A stretch of 64,000 nucleotides of DNA from Octopus vulgaris (GCA_951406725.2 OX597840.1:558001-622000); one strand, 5' to 3'. Counted from the stretch's first letter, positions 42,416-58,339 are shown. Translations and numbers: made by a program. The notes: a model not told the origin generated them from the letters alone.

Positions 42416-42814
42416 ATAATAATAATAATAAATAAATGATCATGCATTGTTTTTAGTGCAATTGGATGCGTGTTAAAAAGAAAAGAATTTGTTTCTTTTT
42501 TCCTCTGGTTTTCGCATGCATTTCCGTATATTTCCGTAAATTTGCTTACATTAGCATAAAATTCCTGCAAGAAAAAAAAAATATTTAAATGAATAAATAA
42601 AAACCTTCAACCTAGTCTTTTATTTATCACATTTCATTAGCATTGTTATGTAATTATTAGCATGTCATTTTAATTTCTGCGTAAATTTTGAATAATTAAT
42701 TAGATGGAAGAAAGAGGAAAGATGAAAAAGAAAGAAAAACAGAGAGAGAGAGAGAGAGAGTGAGAGAGTGAGAGGGAGCGTGCAATAATTATCATGATTG
42801 TAATTAAAGCGAAT

Positions 42815-42850
<36 letters not shown>

Positions 42851-42880
42851 AACTACTACTACTACCACTACCACTACTAT

Positions 42881-42913
<33 letters not shown>

Positions 42914-42941
42914 AACAACTACTACCACCACCACCACCACC

Positions 42942-43009
<68 letters not shown>

Positions 43010-43028
43010 CGCTGCCGCTGCTGCTGCA

Positions 43029-43087
<59 letters not shown>

Positions 43088-43093
43088 CCTTAG

Positions 43094-43655
43094 AAGTAGT
43101 GGGGGAGCATCATAGCCATGTCTTGAGAGGAATTCTTTGGGGTTTGAATAATTCACCTTTGGAAACACGGCTGTTTCACTCAACATCCACAAACAACCCT
43201 TATTCAAGGACATTTTGAAAGGTACAGGCTACTCGACCTGAAGGAAAATTTAATTGAGCCCTACCCGCAAAGCCACGCGCTATTTACCTTGATATAAGAC
43301 CATCATGTTTCGCTAATATGGTTGTGATGCATGTCTACCCTTATCAGACGGGTTGTCATGATGGGTATACTGGGCTTCCTAGAATTTTCGTCAGGTGAAG
43401 TAGACCATTTCGTTCAAAAGGTCCCTGAATAAGGGTTGTTTAAAGCTGTTGAACGAAACACCCATGTTTCTAAAGGTGAATTATCTAAACCCCAAAGAAT
43501 TCCTCTCAATACATGCCTATGACGCTCCCTCACTAATTCTGCTCCTGGTCAGAGATAGACATGTCCGTCACTAACGGATATGCTCAACTGGTTAAGGTCA
43601 AACAAGCGACCAGCAAATCTGTGGTATTGAGCAGAATATTTGCTGTAGCCCATCT
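43094..43655. mobile_element. Interspersed repeat with ~160-bp asymmetric inverted duplication
   Basis: Arms ~43094-43252 and ~43380-43540; the right side continues to ~43655. Confidence 0.65.
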
Positions 43656-43668
43656 GCTATTATTATTA

Positions 43669-43750
<82 letters not shown>

Positions 43751-43774
43751 CATCATCATCATTATTATTATTAA

Positions 43775-43816
<42 letters not shown>

Positions 43817-45320
43817 CATAATCATCATTATTATTATTATTATTATTATTATCATCATCATCATCATCATTATTATTGATATAATTGATATAATCGACTA
43901 TCCCCACCCTTCAAAACTTCAAGCCTTTTTCCAAAATCTGTAATGATTGCTGCTGTTGCTCTTCTTCTTCTTCTTCTTCTTCTTCTTCTTCTTCTTCTTC
44001 TTCTCCTCCTCCTCCTCCTCCTCCTTCTTCTTCTTCTCCTTCTTCTTCTTCTTCTTCTTCTTCTTCCTCTACTTCCTCTTCTTCTTCTATTGCTTTTTGT
44101 CCTTGTTCTTCTTCTTGTTCTTCTTCCACTGGTTTTTCTCCTCGTTGTTGTTGTTCTTCTTCTTCTCTTCTTCATTTTCCTCTTCTCCTCCTCCTCTTCT
44201 TCCTCCTCCTCCTTCTTCTTCTTCTTCATCCGTTCTTTCATCCGAAGATGTCATCGTCTTTGCCATCATATTAGTAATCGTCACCGTTATGGTGTCCATC
44301 ACCATGTTCATCATGGTCATCATCACGATAATGACCACGATCATGATCTTCATCACCATGACGACGACGATGACCACCACCACCACCACCACCACCACCA
44401 ACACCACCATCATCATCATCAACAAGAACAAGAACAACAACGACGACGACGATAACCGCAACAGCAATAATTATTGCCAGTGTCATTGCGCTGACGTTTT
44501 CGTCTCTCTTCCATTTTGTTACTTTCCCGCTTAATACGCCGCCATTTGCAAAACCGGTTTTCCTTCTCTCTTTGATACTCCATTTCTCTCACTCGCTCTC
44601 TCGTTTCTCGCCATATTCTATTTTTCATGTTTATTTATGTATTAAAAAATAATCAACAACAACAACAACAACAACTATAACAACAATAATACGGCAATCT
44701 TTCCATCGTTGCTGCCCAGAAATGCCGTCACAAATAACCAACTAATGGAAGGTTCAGACCAGAGACCATATTCCTCTCTGCCAACTCTACGCCACAACCA
44801 TTACAAACAATAACAATAGCAAAAACCATAAAAAAATAACAGCTGAAAAAAAGATGGCAAAAAATCATCAAGAAAACATTAAAAAACAACTGAAAAGAAA
44901 GCAAAAATCTACCCAGCAAAAAAGAAAAAAATGGTGGAATAAGGGGAAAAAAAAAATATACAAATAATAAAGCAATGGCGGTGCTAGATTGAATTGCAAC
45001 CGAGTGGAATTGCAAAATGGCTGTTTTAAGGTGATATTTTGTGTAAATTGGACTTAAATATATCACCGTTCAGACACCGGTAGGCATCTGTTGAAAACCA
45101 TTTTTTTATTATTATTTTGTTTCTTCTTTGCAGTTTTGCATTTGATTCTATGGCTGTGTTTATCTCAGAAACCTATCCTTATCAATATACTTGCCTCGTT
45201 CTCTCCGTCTTTAATCTCTATTCCTTCTCTTCTCTCTCTCTCTCTCTCAATCGCTATAATTCCTCTTTCACTATCTGTTTGTCTGTCCGTCTCTGAAACT
45301 GTTTTCCCATTCTATCTATA

Positions 45321-45510
<190 letters not shown>

Positions 45511-45989
45511 AATCTAACTGTCTGTCTGTCTCTCTGTCAGTCTACCTGACTGACTGCCTATCAGTCTGTCTGATGGTCTGCCGATCTGTCCGTGTGAATG
45601 TGTATGCCTGTCTTACGTCAGTCTGTCTGTTAGACAGTGCGCCTATCCGCGTGTGTGTGTATGTATACGTGTATATGTGAGTCCGTTACTCCATCTGGCT
45701 GTCTGCCTGTTTCTTTCTCTCTCCATCTGTCTCCCTTTGTCTCTCTCTCTCTCTCTCTCTATCTCTTCTCGTACAATTTGTCTTTCCTTCTCTCTAAATC
45801 GGCATTACTCACCGTATTTTTAGTGAAATGACCACTATATTATTTGCTCATTCACGAGAAGTAACCTAATTCCTCCCTCTCTCTTTCTCTCTCTCTCTCT
45901 CTCTTTGTCTCTTTCATCTGTATCTATCCATCTATCCATCCATGCATACACATATGTAGTCATCTCTCTCTCTCTTTCTCTCTGTCTCC

Positions 45990-46039
<50 letters not shown>

Positions 46040-46248
46040 GTCTGTCTATCTGTCTATCTATCTATCTATCTATCTATCTGTCTCACTTTATATATATATA
46101 TTTATATGTATATATATATATGATATATATACACATATATACTTGTATATGTATGTATATATATTGATATACGTACATAAATATGCATATATGTACGTAT
46201 AGATATATATACATATTAATAATTGTATATGTAAGTTTATATATACAT

Positions 46249-46279
<31 letters not shown>

Positions 46280-47179
46280 ATATTTACATATACACACATA
46301 CATACATATATATATATAAATATATATGCATATATATATATAAGTATATATATATATGCATATATATAAATATATATATATATATGTATACATATGCATA
46401 TATACATATATACATATATATACATGCATACATATATATACATACACACACATATATACACTGCTCTTAATCATATCTGTTATGAAATCTCTTTTTCTAC
46501 AAGCAAACCTCTTCATATCCTCCCAGCCTTCCTACCCTACTTCTCTCTCTCTCTCTCTGTCCTCCTCTCCTCCCCCTCCTCCTCGTCTTCCACTTCTTCC
46601 TCGTACTGTCCTTTCTCCCTCTCTTCCTCCTTTCTCTCTCTCTCTCGCTCTCTCTCTCCCCGCTCTCGTCTTTTCTCACTATCTTTCTGTCTCTCTTCTC
46701 TCTCTCTCTCTCTCTGCGTGTTCCTCTCCTGTTTCGCTACACAAAACTCCAGGTTCCAATCGTTTACAATACCGCATAATCTTGGTACCTACCTTAGATT
46801 CAAATTTTTTTTCCTTACCGCTATGTTATCAGATTCATTGTAAATAAATCTATTTTTACCTCTTCTCCATTCTTACAATTTCTCTTTATAAATCACCATA
46901 ATTTTATCCTCTCCGTTCACTCTACACTCATTCCATATCCAGTGTGTCGAGCTGTCTATATATCTCCGACTCATTCGCTATCTCTTTCTGCTTCATTAAC
47001 GCTATACGTTACGTTTGATTTCAATGTGTGCGCATGCTTACTGTGCATGTATGTATGCATGTATGTATGTATGTATGTATGTATGCATGTATGTATGTAT
47101 AAATGTATGTATGTATGCATGTATGTATGTACGTATGTATGCATGTATGTATGTATGTATGTATGCATGTATGTATGTA

Positions 47180-47210
<31 letters not shown>

Positions 47211-47579
47211 ATGTATGTATGCATGTATGCATGTATAAATGTATGTATGTATGTATGCATGTATGTATGTATGTATGCACGTATGTATGCATGTATATAT
47301 GCATGTATGTACGTATGTATGTATGTATGTATGTATGCATGTATGTATGTATGCATATATGTATGTATGTATGTGTGTATGTATGTATGTATGCATGTAT
47401 GTATGTATGTATGTATGTATGTATGTATGCATGTATGTATGTATGTATGTGTGTGTGGAGAATATATTTATTTCTCACTCGATTTTCGTGTTCGGGATTG
47501 GTCGGTGTATACGTTATAAACATGCAGATGTAAGCAAGATTTTACCGGAACAAAACCCTTGATTGAGAGAGAGAGAGAG

Positions 47580-47618
<39 letters not shown>

Positions 47619-47989
47619 CAGAGAAAGATCTAGAAAAAGACAGAGGGAATTGGTGAGGGATATATAATACCATTGAAATATTTGGAATAAAAACGTTTTG
47701 CACAGCTATTGCGAAAGTCATTATCATCACGGATCATAACGCTGCTGAGTTTTCTTTGCTGTATTCTTCGTTTTACGATAGAATAGGAATCGTTGTCTTA
47801 TAAGAGAGAAATATTTCTGATTGACAGCCTATCCAGAGGAACAGGAGTTCTCCTCAATGTAAACGTTTCTGAGAGAGAGAGAGGGAGAGGTTGAAAAGAA
47901 GAAGGAGGAAAATGGAGAGAGATACAGCTAAAAGGGGAAAAAATAATGGGAAGAAGATGAATGAAAAGGAGGAGTGGAGAAGAAGAGGG

Positions 47990-48238
47990 GTGGAGAGATG
48001 GAGGAGTGGAGAGATGGAGGAGTGGAGAGATGGTGGAGTGGAGAGATGGAGGAGTGGAGAGATGGAGGAGTGGAGAGATGGAGGAGTGGAGAGATGGAGG
48101 ATTGGAGAGATGGAGGAGTGGAGAGATGGAGGAGTGGAGAAATGGAGGAGTGGCGAGATAGGGGAGTGGAGAGATGGAGGAGTGGAGAGATGGAGGAGTG
48201 GAGAGATGGAGGAGTGGAGAGATGGAGGAGTGGAGAGA
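47990..48238 (+). repeat. 17-bp purine-rich minisatellite (ggagtggagagatggag)n
   Basis: About 14-15 units. Confidence 0.9.
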
Positions 48239-48832
48239 GGGGGATCTGAGAGACCGGGCTGGGAGAAACAGTGTGAGAAGGTAGGAGAGTGGTTGGAGCG
48301 AAATAGAGATGGAAGGGATGTTGAAAGAGACAAAGAGCAGGAGAGAGAGAGAGATAGAGGGTGAGAGGAGAGTGGAGTGATGTAGGGGTGTTTCGAAAGA
48401 GAGATGGGGTGTGGGGGAAAGTGATCGGAGAGAGACGGATAGAACGAGGACAAAAAAAATGACAGACTGAGGACAAATAGGACAAACGATCCAAATTATT
48501 CTTGACTGAAACCTTACCCAGAAGCGTATAAAATACAAAGTTGATGTCCGCTGGATTCGAACTCAGAATATAAACAGTCAGGAAAAATACCGCCGTAAGG
48601 ATTGTGTTACTTGGCCTCTCCATCGATTAATTAGTGGAATGGCACAGATAACTACACTGATACCAGTTTGTCTTTTATCTACTTATTCCAGTTATTCAGC
48701 TATAGCCCTCCTGGGTCACTGCCTTTTAAACATCAGAATAATGTTCCAACAACACAAAATATATTTCCAAAAAGCATTGTGTCTAAGTTTACCTTGTCTT
48801 GGGTTGGTGATAAGGGCGGCGAGCTGGCAGAA

Positions 48833-49598
48833 AGGTTAGCATGCCGGGCGAAATGTTTAGCGGTATTTCGTCTGCGGTTACGTTCTGAGTTCGAATTCGG
48901 CCGAGGTCGACTTTGCCTTTCATCCTTTCGGGGTCGATTAAATAAGTACCAGTTATTCACTGGGGTCGATATAATCGACTTAATCTCTTTGTCTTTCCTT
49001 GTTTGTCCCCTCTGTGTTTAGTCCCTTGTGGGTAGTAAAGAAATAGGTATTTCGTCTGCTGCTACATCCTGAGTTCGAATTCGGCCGAGGTCGACTTTGC
49101 CTTTCATCCTTTCGGGGTCGATTAAATAAGTACCAGTTACTCACTGGGATCGATATAATCGACTTAATCTCTTTGTCTGTCCTTGTTTGTCCCTTCTGTG
49201 TTTAGCCCCTTGTGGGTAATAAAGAAATAGGTATTTCGTCTGCTGCTACATCCTGAGTTCGAATTCCGCCGAGGTAGACTTTGCCTTTCATCCTTTCGGG
49301 ATCGATTAAATAAGTACCAGTTACTGACTGGGGTCGATATAACCGACTTAATCTCTTTGTCTGTCCTTGTTTGTCCCCTCTGTGTTTAGCCCCTTGTGGG
49401 TAATAAAGAAATAGGTATTTCGTCTGCTGCTACATCCTGAGTTCGAATTCGGCCGAGGTCGACTTTGCCTTTCATCCTTTCGGGGTCGATTAAATAAGTA
49501 CCAGTTACTCACTGGGGTCGATATAATCGACTTAATCTCTTTGTCTTTCCTTGTTTGTCCCCTCTGTATTTAGCCCCTTGTGGGTAGTAAGGAAATAG
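48833..49598 (+). mobile_element. Family B SINE with body tandemly repeated four times (184-bp period)
   Basis: gtatttcgtctg at 48863, 49047, 49231 and 49415; only the first unit has the 5' head. Confidence 0.9.
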
Positions 49599-49942
49599 AT
49601 AAGTGAAACGCCATTGTCTAGGGTTAACAACGAGTAGTAAAAAGTGATGAATTGAGGTGTGTGTGTGTGTGTGTGTGTTATGACTGGTGTTTATAGTGTA
49701 ATTATGCTGTGTGTGTTAATTAATAATTAATGATTACTAGTTGTAAGTACAGTATTAATGGCAATGCTGAACATGTGGAGAACATTGTTTTGTAGCCAAA
49801 AGAAAAAAAATAAATAAATGGAAAGAAATGAAAACAGGAAGAAAAAAATACGACGAGGAAAGCTAGAAACGAAACGAAGAAAAGCAAAAATAAAAAAAAA
49901 CAAAAATCAAATAAATGGCAAGTAGGTAATTAAATATATATG

Positions 49943-49979
<37 letters not shown>

Positions 49980-50124
49980 GTGTATATATATGTATATATA
50001 TATACATATATATTTGTATATATATATATACAAATATATATGTATATATATTTGTATATATATATATACAAATATATATGTATATATATATATATGAATT
50101 TATACATATGTAGGCAAGTCTGTT

Positions 50125-50172
<48 letters not shown>

Positions 50173-50620
50173 TATATATATATGTTTATATATATACACA
50201 TACATATACCTATACCTACACGCACACACATATACATATTCATATATAATTATGTATATATATATATATATATACATATAAAAGGAACATATATACATGC
50301 ATGCACATATAAAATGATGGCGAGCTAATTTACTGTCTGAATGTTTAATGTAAAATGTAAGATTTAATTATCAAGGGGTTTATCTTTCTGATTAGTTGTT
50401 GCGTAACATCGGTCAGATAAGTGAATAACAAAGAATAATATTTAGAATTATAAATGGTTAAACGGCACAAGAAATGCCGAAGAGCTAAAGGGGAATTGAG
50501 TTGGTAAATTAATATGATATTGGAGAAAATACTCCTAGGTTTAACAATTGACTACCTATGGTTTAAAATAGGTCAGTTCATCTCAAATTCTTTCAAAACT
50601 CCTAAATATATCTCCTTCTG

Positions 50621-50655
<35 letters not shown>

Positions 50656-51048
50656 TAATAAAAAATAAAACATATGCATATATACATACATATATGTACG
50701 TACCTACATCTACATGTATATATACATGCATATATAGGTACAGGACACACAAAAAAAACGTCGAACACAATGAGAAACGAAAACATAAACACAAAACCAA
50801 GGAAATGGACATTTTTCTTAAACAACGAAAAAATAGAGTACAGGACATACGAAACAAACAAAATTCCCCTTCTTCAGTCGCCTTTGTTTCATCTACTCCA
50901 CGTTTTGAAGGTCAAGGCGATACATGACTTTAATGAAACTTTCCTTCCCGCAAAAATCAAATTAAATAAAATTTGAAATTTTTTTGCGGAGGGGTAAAAA
51001 TGGTTACAAAAACAGGACAGTAACGACAGTACATATATATATATATAT

Positions 51049-51081
51049 TTTCCGACGAAGAGCTCCGCTCGAAACCTTAAA
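51049..51081 (+). ncRNA. Minimal hammerhead variant CCGACGA-A, second copy
   Basis: ttt CCGACGA A GAGC tcc GCTC GAAA CC TT aaa; element 51049-51180 lies between (TA)n tracts. Confidence 0.55.
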
Positions 51082-51175
51082 CCCTCCTTCTTTCCTTCTT
51101 TCCTGAGCGTCCAATAATACTATATTTGTTCCACGTCCTCGCGTTGTTGTGTTTTTTGTGCTCTCTTGTTTGGAT

Positions 51176-51227
<52 letters not shown>

Positions 51228-51401
51228 ACCAAATATGACCTTTTTGAACTTATAATTTTCTGTGTATATATATAGATACTTCCAAACAATCATGATTGTT
51301 AATGAAATCCTAATATTTTTAATGAAATTTTTAATATTTTCTCAAGATTTTTCCTTGTAAACTGTTTTTAACGTTTTCTTATTATTATCAAAGAAATATT
51401 A

Positions 51402-51735
51402 TCAAATCAAATGTGGTCCTAATATACCTTGATTTTGCAAAAGCTTTTGACAAGATGGATCACGGTATGATATGCCACAAACTGTGTGACCTTGGCATAG
51501 CTGGAATACTTGGAGAGTGGTTGCATGACTTCCTGAAAGATAGGAGTCAGGTAGGAGTGGCTAATGGAGCCACCTCTATGAACACACAAATAGTGAGCGG
51601 TGTTCCACAAGGCACTGTCTTGGGACCACTGCTTTTTATAGCGGCCCTCTCAGATATGCCCTCAAATGCCCGGATAGCCACTTTGGCAAGCTATGCAGAT
51701 GATACGAAAGTCTCGCAGAAGATACAGAACATCAG
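51402..51735 (+). pseudogene. Non-LTR reverse transcriptase fragment (CR1/Jockey-like)
   Basis: IYLDFAKAFDKMDH...SGVPQGTVLGPLLF...YADDTK; truncated at both ends. Confidence 0.9.
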
Positions 51736-51773
51736 AGTTAATTTTAAACCCCGTTTGTGTTATTTTTATACCT

Positions 51774-51930
51774 GGAGTGGCTGTGTGGTAAATAGCTTGC
51801 TAACCAACCACATGGTTCCGAGTTCAGTCCCACTGCGTGGCATCTTGGGCAAGTGTCTTCTGCTATAGTCCCGGGCCGACCAATGCCTTGTGAGTGGATT
51901 TGGTAGACGGAAACTGAAAGAAGCCTGTCG

Positions 51931-51995
<65 letters not shown>

Positions 51996-52207
51996 TTGTA
52001 TGTCTGTGTTTGTCCCCCTAGCATTGCTTGACAACCGATGCTGGTGTGTTTACGTCCCCGTCACTTAGCGGTTCGGCAAAAAAGAGACCGATAGAATAAG
52101 TACTGGGCTTACAAAGAATAAGTCCCGGGGTCGATTTGCTCGATTAAAGGCGGTGCTCCAGCATGGCCGCAGTCAAATGACTGAAACAAATAAAAGAGTA
52201 AAAGAGA
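51774..52207 (+). mobile_element. SINE family A
   Basis: Matches the family consensus. Confidence 0.85.
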
Positions 52208-52433
52208 GAGAGATACCACAGCTAGAAGAAAGCCTGGATCGGATCTACAGTTTAAATTGGATTTGGTTCTTACATATCTCCTGTATGCTAACAACACATG
52301 GATATTTTACCTCACTGTGAACCTTATGTTATGTTACCAAGCCAGTTCAGGCGTCTTACGTGTCGATATGCCTAGATTCTAATGAATCTTATAATCAAAC
52401 TCTGCCTATATATGGTTCTCCCTCTCTCCTTCA

Positions 52434-52464
<31 letters not shown>

Positions 52465-52741
52465 TTCCATGTATGCCATTTTCCTTCCATTTATAATGAG
52501 ATAAAGAGAGAAAGACAGAGTCAGGCGAAGACGGAAGCAGAGAGAACTAAAGAAGGAAGAAGGGAGAGTGAAAAATCGATGAATGGAGAGAAAGATGGCG
52601 AAAAGAGGTAGAGACACATGGAAAAATGCGCAGACACGCATATACACGCACGCACACCCCTCACACTCTCACAGCCGCTCAAATATATATGTGTGTGTGT
52701 GAGTATGTGCATGTGAGTGTATGTGTGCATATGTGTACATG

Positions 52742-52818
<77 letters not shown>

Positions 52819-52833
52819 GTATGTATATATATG

Positions 52834-52868
<35 letters not shown>

Positions 52869-54124
52869 GTATGTATATATATGTATATATATATATATAT
52901 ATGTATGTATATATATATATATGTATGTATATATATATGTATATATATGTATGTATATATATGTATATATATATGTATATATATATGTATGTATGTATAT
53001 ATATGTATATATATATATATATAGTAACTGTATTTATAGACATCTACCTTCATACCACTCTACATGTATACATGCATACATGTATAGATAGTCGCATATG
53101 TGAATATACAACCAAGCATATACACACAAACACGCACACACACACATATACACACTTACAGATACACACACTCCTACAGTCACTCGCATACACACACACA
53201 CGCTAGACACACGACACACGCGCATATACACAAGCCAGATAGTGAAAAACCACTTTTATTGCATGCATCAAAGTTTACAGACCTCTGTATTACATAGAAT
53301 TTTCACAGACAACATCGCGTCCATATTTTCACAAATGCCGTGAATTTCGCCGAAGCTGTCTGTTCTCCAATTCACCAAATTCCTATGCTAAACCATCTTA
53401 ATTAGATCGTTAACAAAAGACGGTGATGTCGAGAACTGCCAAGTCTGTTTACGATTCTTTGCCTGTAAGCATGCAACATTCCAAACTAGAGAGAATGATC
53501 TTATTTTGGCATTCGTTTTATTTCACTAACTTTTTATTATCGAGACTCCGATGCCAAAGAGAGGTTAAATCTTCTCTCAGAAATTTCTCAACGTTCTCAT
53601 GTTGAGAAATTCTTCAAATCTACCAAAATTGCATTTAATTCCAGCTGATCAAGCAGAAAATTTCGTCTGATTGTGTCGGTTTTCTCTTTACCCCGGAGAA
53701 GCGGATATCGTATATATATATATTCAGGTGTGTATATTGCACGTATATATATATTTATGGATGTGTGTATAAATGTAAGTATGCATGTAAGTATATCAAT
53801 CTGTATATGTATATCATGTTTGTGTGTATGTATGCATGCATGTATGCCTGTATATATATATATATATATATATTAGGATGAGTGTCTATATAAGAAGTTA
53901 TGTATTTCTATATATGAGTGAATGTATTTTCTGTATGCATGAATATGTATATATATGTTTGTGTATTTATGCATGTGTGTGTATGCATGTATGGATATGA
54001 ATGTGTATGTATGTCAGTAGACACATATGAATGTATATAAGCCTCTATATCTATGAATATATGCATGTATATATATATATATATATCTATATATATATGT
54101 ATATATATTTATATACACACACAC

Positions 54125-54166
<42 letters not shown>

Positions 54167-54305
54167 ACATATGAACATACAATAAATATACACACACGCA
54201 AATATAAAAGTAGGTGCACACATATGTAGAGATGTATAAAAATTTCTATTATAATATATATATATATATATGTATATATATGTTTATATATATAAATATT
54301 TAAAA

Positions 54306-54343
<38 letters not shown>

Positions 54344-54535
54344 CATATGTACATTATGTGTGTACATCTATGTTGGCGGTTATATATACATATATGTGTG
54401 CGAGTATGAGTAGGAATGTCTGTCCCTCTGTTAGTATATATACGCTTTTATACTGTTTTTATAGATATCTCTGAGTATGTTGCATGAACAATTTTGTGTG
54501 CATGCATATATACGCTTATGTATGTACATACGCAA

Positions 54536-54579
<44 letters not shown>

Positions 54580-54600
54580 ATATATATATATATATGTATG

Positions 54601-54646
<46 letters not shown>

Positions 54647-54859
54647 TGTGTAGGTAGGTAGCTGTAATTTTTGTGTATGTATGCATAGTTTTATATATTA
54701 CTTCCCTGATTGAAATTTTAGATTTTATTTACATAAGCCACCTGCTCGGCATGTAAATATCTGTGCATCTCACGGATAGGTGTATATACGCATGTATCTA
54801 TATATTCAAATACAAAGACATTCATATACACACACACGTACACAACAACACATACATAC

Positions 54860-54916
<57 letters not shown>

Positions 54917-55147
54917 TATATGTACACGCACAAACACAGGCATATATAATATACGTTTATATTTGTTTATATATTTTTGGTGATAACGATAATCAATATC
55001 GTCTTTTTTTGCAAATCTTTCTCTTCCAACTTATCATCATCATCATCATCATCGTCGTCGTCGTCATCATCATCATTATCCTTTTCACCATCGTTATCAT
55101 CATCATCATTCTTCATTCTTTTCACCATCATTATCATCATCATCACT

Positions 55148-55180
<33 letters not shown>

Positions 55181-55258
55181 GTCATCATCATCGTCATCAT
55201 CATCATCATCGCCACCAGCATCATCATCATCGCCACCAGCATCATCATCATCATCACT

Positions 55259-55304
<46 letters not shown>

Positions 55305-55945
55305 CTATCATCATCATCATCATCATAATCACTATTATCATCATCATCATTCTTTTCACCATCATCATCATCATCATCATCACCACATCGTCATCCTTGT
55401 CGTCGTCGTCGTCGTCATGCCGGATACTCTATCAGTTTCGGCGATACGCACGCAGCTTTGCAATCAACCGAATGTCTATCTGGCTGAGTATTCCGTAGGT
55501 ACGTGTTCTCATGTTCTCTCAAAGTAATTCTGATGCAGATTTAGCATGGAGACGTGCGTGTGATGGCTGGGTCTTTGAATATTGGATGACATCATCTCCA
55601 CAAAAATAAAATATACAAACAAATTTTTAAACCATCTCTCAGATTATCTCCAGGTTCTTGGGGCTCGAACGGGGGACCACATCGCTGTGAAACGAATTTC
55701 TTACATACACAACTATTTCTGCTTCTCTACAGATATGCATATGTAGGTGTTCATGGATATGTCCCTATGTCTCTGGAGACAGGGCGGGAGCGAGAGTCAC
55801 AGAAATGTTCAGAGGAGGTATGACAATTGATAACCAGCAGAAGACACTAAAATAATAACAAAAATAAGGCTGAAATGAAGAAAGAGTAGAGAGTGTGCTT
55901 GGTTAGCTGGCAAAAAGATGACTGTTTAGAAATATAACAATATAA

Positions 55946-56007
<62 letters not shown>

Positions 56008-56186
56008 ACACACACACACACATACATATATATACGAGCAAAACGCCCCCCGTCCAGTGGACGATGCTGAGTTGTCAAACATTTAAACCAAATTTTCTCA
56101 AAACAACTTGATTATTGAGCGAACTTCCAACAATACACATATATAAGTGGATAAGCACACACACACACACACACACATACACACAC

Positions 56187-56218
<32 letters not shown>

Positions 56219-56489
56219 GCGCGCACGCACACACACACACACACACACACACATATCTCTATATACATTTCTTATATATTTACACACAAACATATGCAAA
56301 TGCGTATTGAAACACTATACACGATCCTCAGGCCGCGCGGCACGATTTCTCTCTGAGCTAAGGTCTCCCCTTTGAGAAACTCTGATTTAACCTAAATTAA
56401 GGCAAAAATACCCCCAACTTTTTAAGGAATCAAATAGTCTTTCATTCCAAATAATCTTTCCATAAACCTTCAGGACTTATTCCAGCATG

Positions 56490-57270
56490 GATGTCATTGT
56501 TAACATACAAGATCTTCCCTTTACAGCAACACAAAAAAGATGTAAGTATCACTCATCAACTGTTAAATGTAATAAAAATTTTGCAGATGATATAATTCTT
56601 TCGTCACATACCAATGATTAAGTAAGCTTAAGTACTTCGTAGAGTCGAATTCTTAGTCAGGAAATTCAGTCTAAACATAGTTGTTGCCAAAACATAGTAC
56701 CTGTCAGTCAACCAAGACGATGAAAATCTTGACACACCAGATGGCGCGATATTAGATTGATTTGATGATTTTATGTATTTGGTCATCGAAAAAGCAGGTG
56801 ATGTTAGAATTCTCAAAACCTGGTTGGAATCAACAAAAATGGAGAAAATATGGAAGTTAGATCTACTTGGAAAGTTCAAAATGCCGTTTGTCATAACATC
56901 TGTAAAGCCAGCGTTTGGTGCACGGACCAGGTACATGGACCCTGACACGAGGATTTGAGAAGAAACTAGATACTACATACACTAAATTGCTATGGGTTGC
57001 ACCAAACGGAAACCGGTATGAACGTATCACAAATGAAATCTTATACAGAAATTTGCCTGACATAATAACTACCATTGCACAAAGATGGTTACGATTTGCA
57101 TGACATTGATGGTAGTATATGCAGAAAACTATACATAAGCCACTATTGTGGGAAAAACTCAGAGTAGACACAATAGAGGAATACAAGTTGATGGTACAAA
57201 TCCTCAGTAAGAAACAGTTGCCAGGAGCAATGGAAAACTGTGAAATGTGGGGAAGCTTTGGGCGGAATGT
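56490..57270 (+). mobile_element. Decayed RTE-X-like LINE
   Basis: FADDIIL; TWTLTRGFEKKLDTTYTKLL...ITNEILYRNLP...QRWLRFA*H. Confidence 0.75.
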
Positions 57271-57823
57271 GTGATCTCAGTGGCCATTTTTTATCCGTAT
57301 ATATATATATATGTGCATACACATACATGTATGTATTCATATATGTATTTGCGTCTATACGTACATATATAAGACCTACATATACATACATACACACATA
57401 TTTATATAAAAGAATACAAAAAATGGGACAAGAAATGGGACAAGAATGCAACAGGCGACAACAAAACATCCAGACAGTTAGATGATACAAATAGGGACAA
57501 GAAAAAACAAGGAAGGGTCATCTTTGCAGATTTGGCTGGTTATACTCAAGATTGCTCCAAACCGGCCAGCCCCAAGGTAAATCTAAGCTAAGAGTATTAG
57601 ATTCCTTGGAAGAAAGCAGCGAATGTATACGAAAACAAGGACGAAAAAACGGAGAAATGGTACACAAATCAAATGCAAACAAGTGTCTTTCAACTGACGA
57701 CGAATTAAATTAAGCTGGCATGTGTGGAAATGAAGCCTTATGGCAGGGAAATAAGAGATGACAGGCATGGGAAGGAATATAGATGTTGCACGGATGGTAG
57801 TCGAACCAAGAAAGAGATATATA

Positions 57824-57880
<57 letters not shown>

Positions 57881-57967
57881 AGAGTTTACGAGAAAAAGAA
57901 AAGACGAAGACAGGTGGTGTACAAAACAAACAGATGTATTAGTATAACGTTCAGGAATAGAAAAAGT

Positions 57968-58003
57968 CTTTTACATTTCGAGCCTACGCTCTTCTACAGA
58001 AAG
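57968..58003 (-). ncRNA. Minimal hammerhead variant CTGTAGA-A (element ~57878-58065)
   Basis: Minus strand reads cttt CTGTAGA A GAGC gtag GCTC GAAA TG TA aaag. Confidence 0.6.
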
Positions 58004-58064
58004 GGACACAGAAAAAAACGGGGAGAGAAAAAATGTGTGTAGTAGTTAACGATCTATCATGGCG

Positions 58065-58168
<104 letters not shown>

Positions 58169-58339
58169 CACACACATTACTGTGTGTATATGTATTATAT
58201 ATATTTATGTGTATGTACGGTGGTGCTTCAGCATGACCGCAGCTCCAGCACTGAAACGAATAAAATATTATAAATAAATAATCATTGCAACTACAATCAA
58301 ACATCCCTGACAACCCCCACCACATATTCATGATCTTTC

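Noticed and set aside
43298-43352. CTGATAA...GAAACATG on the minus strand inside the 43094 inverted repeat
   Set aside because: C3-A8 mismatch, no stem II pairing and no UH site; likely chance.
53300-53470. Possible coding exon after ttttcacag
   Set aside because: All three forward frames hit stops within ~100 nt and no recognisable protein is encoded.
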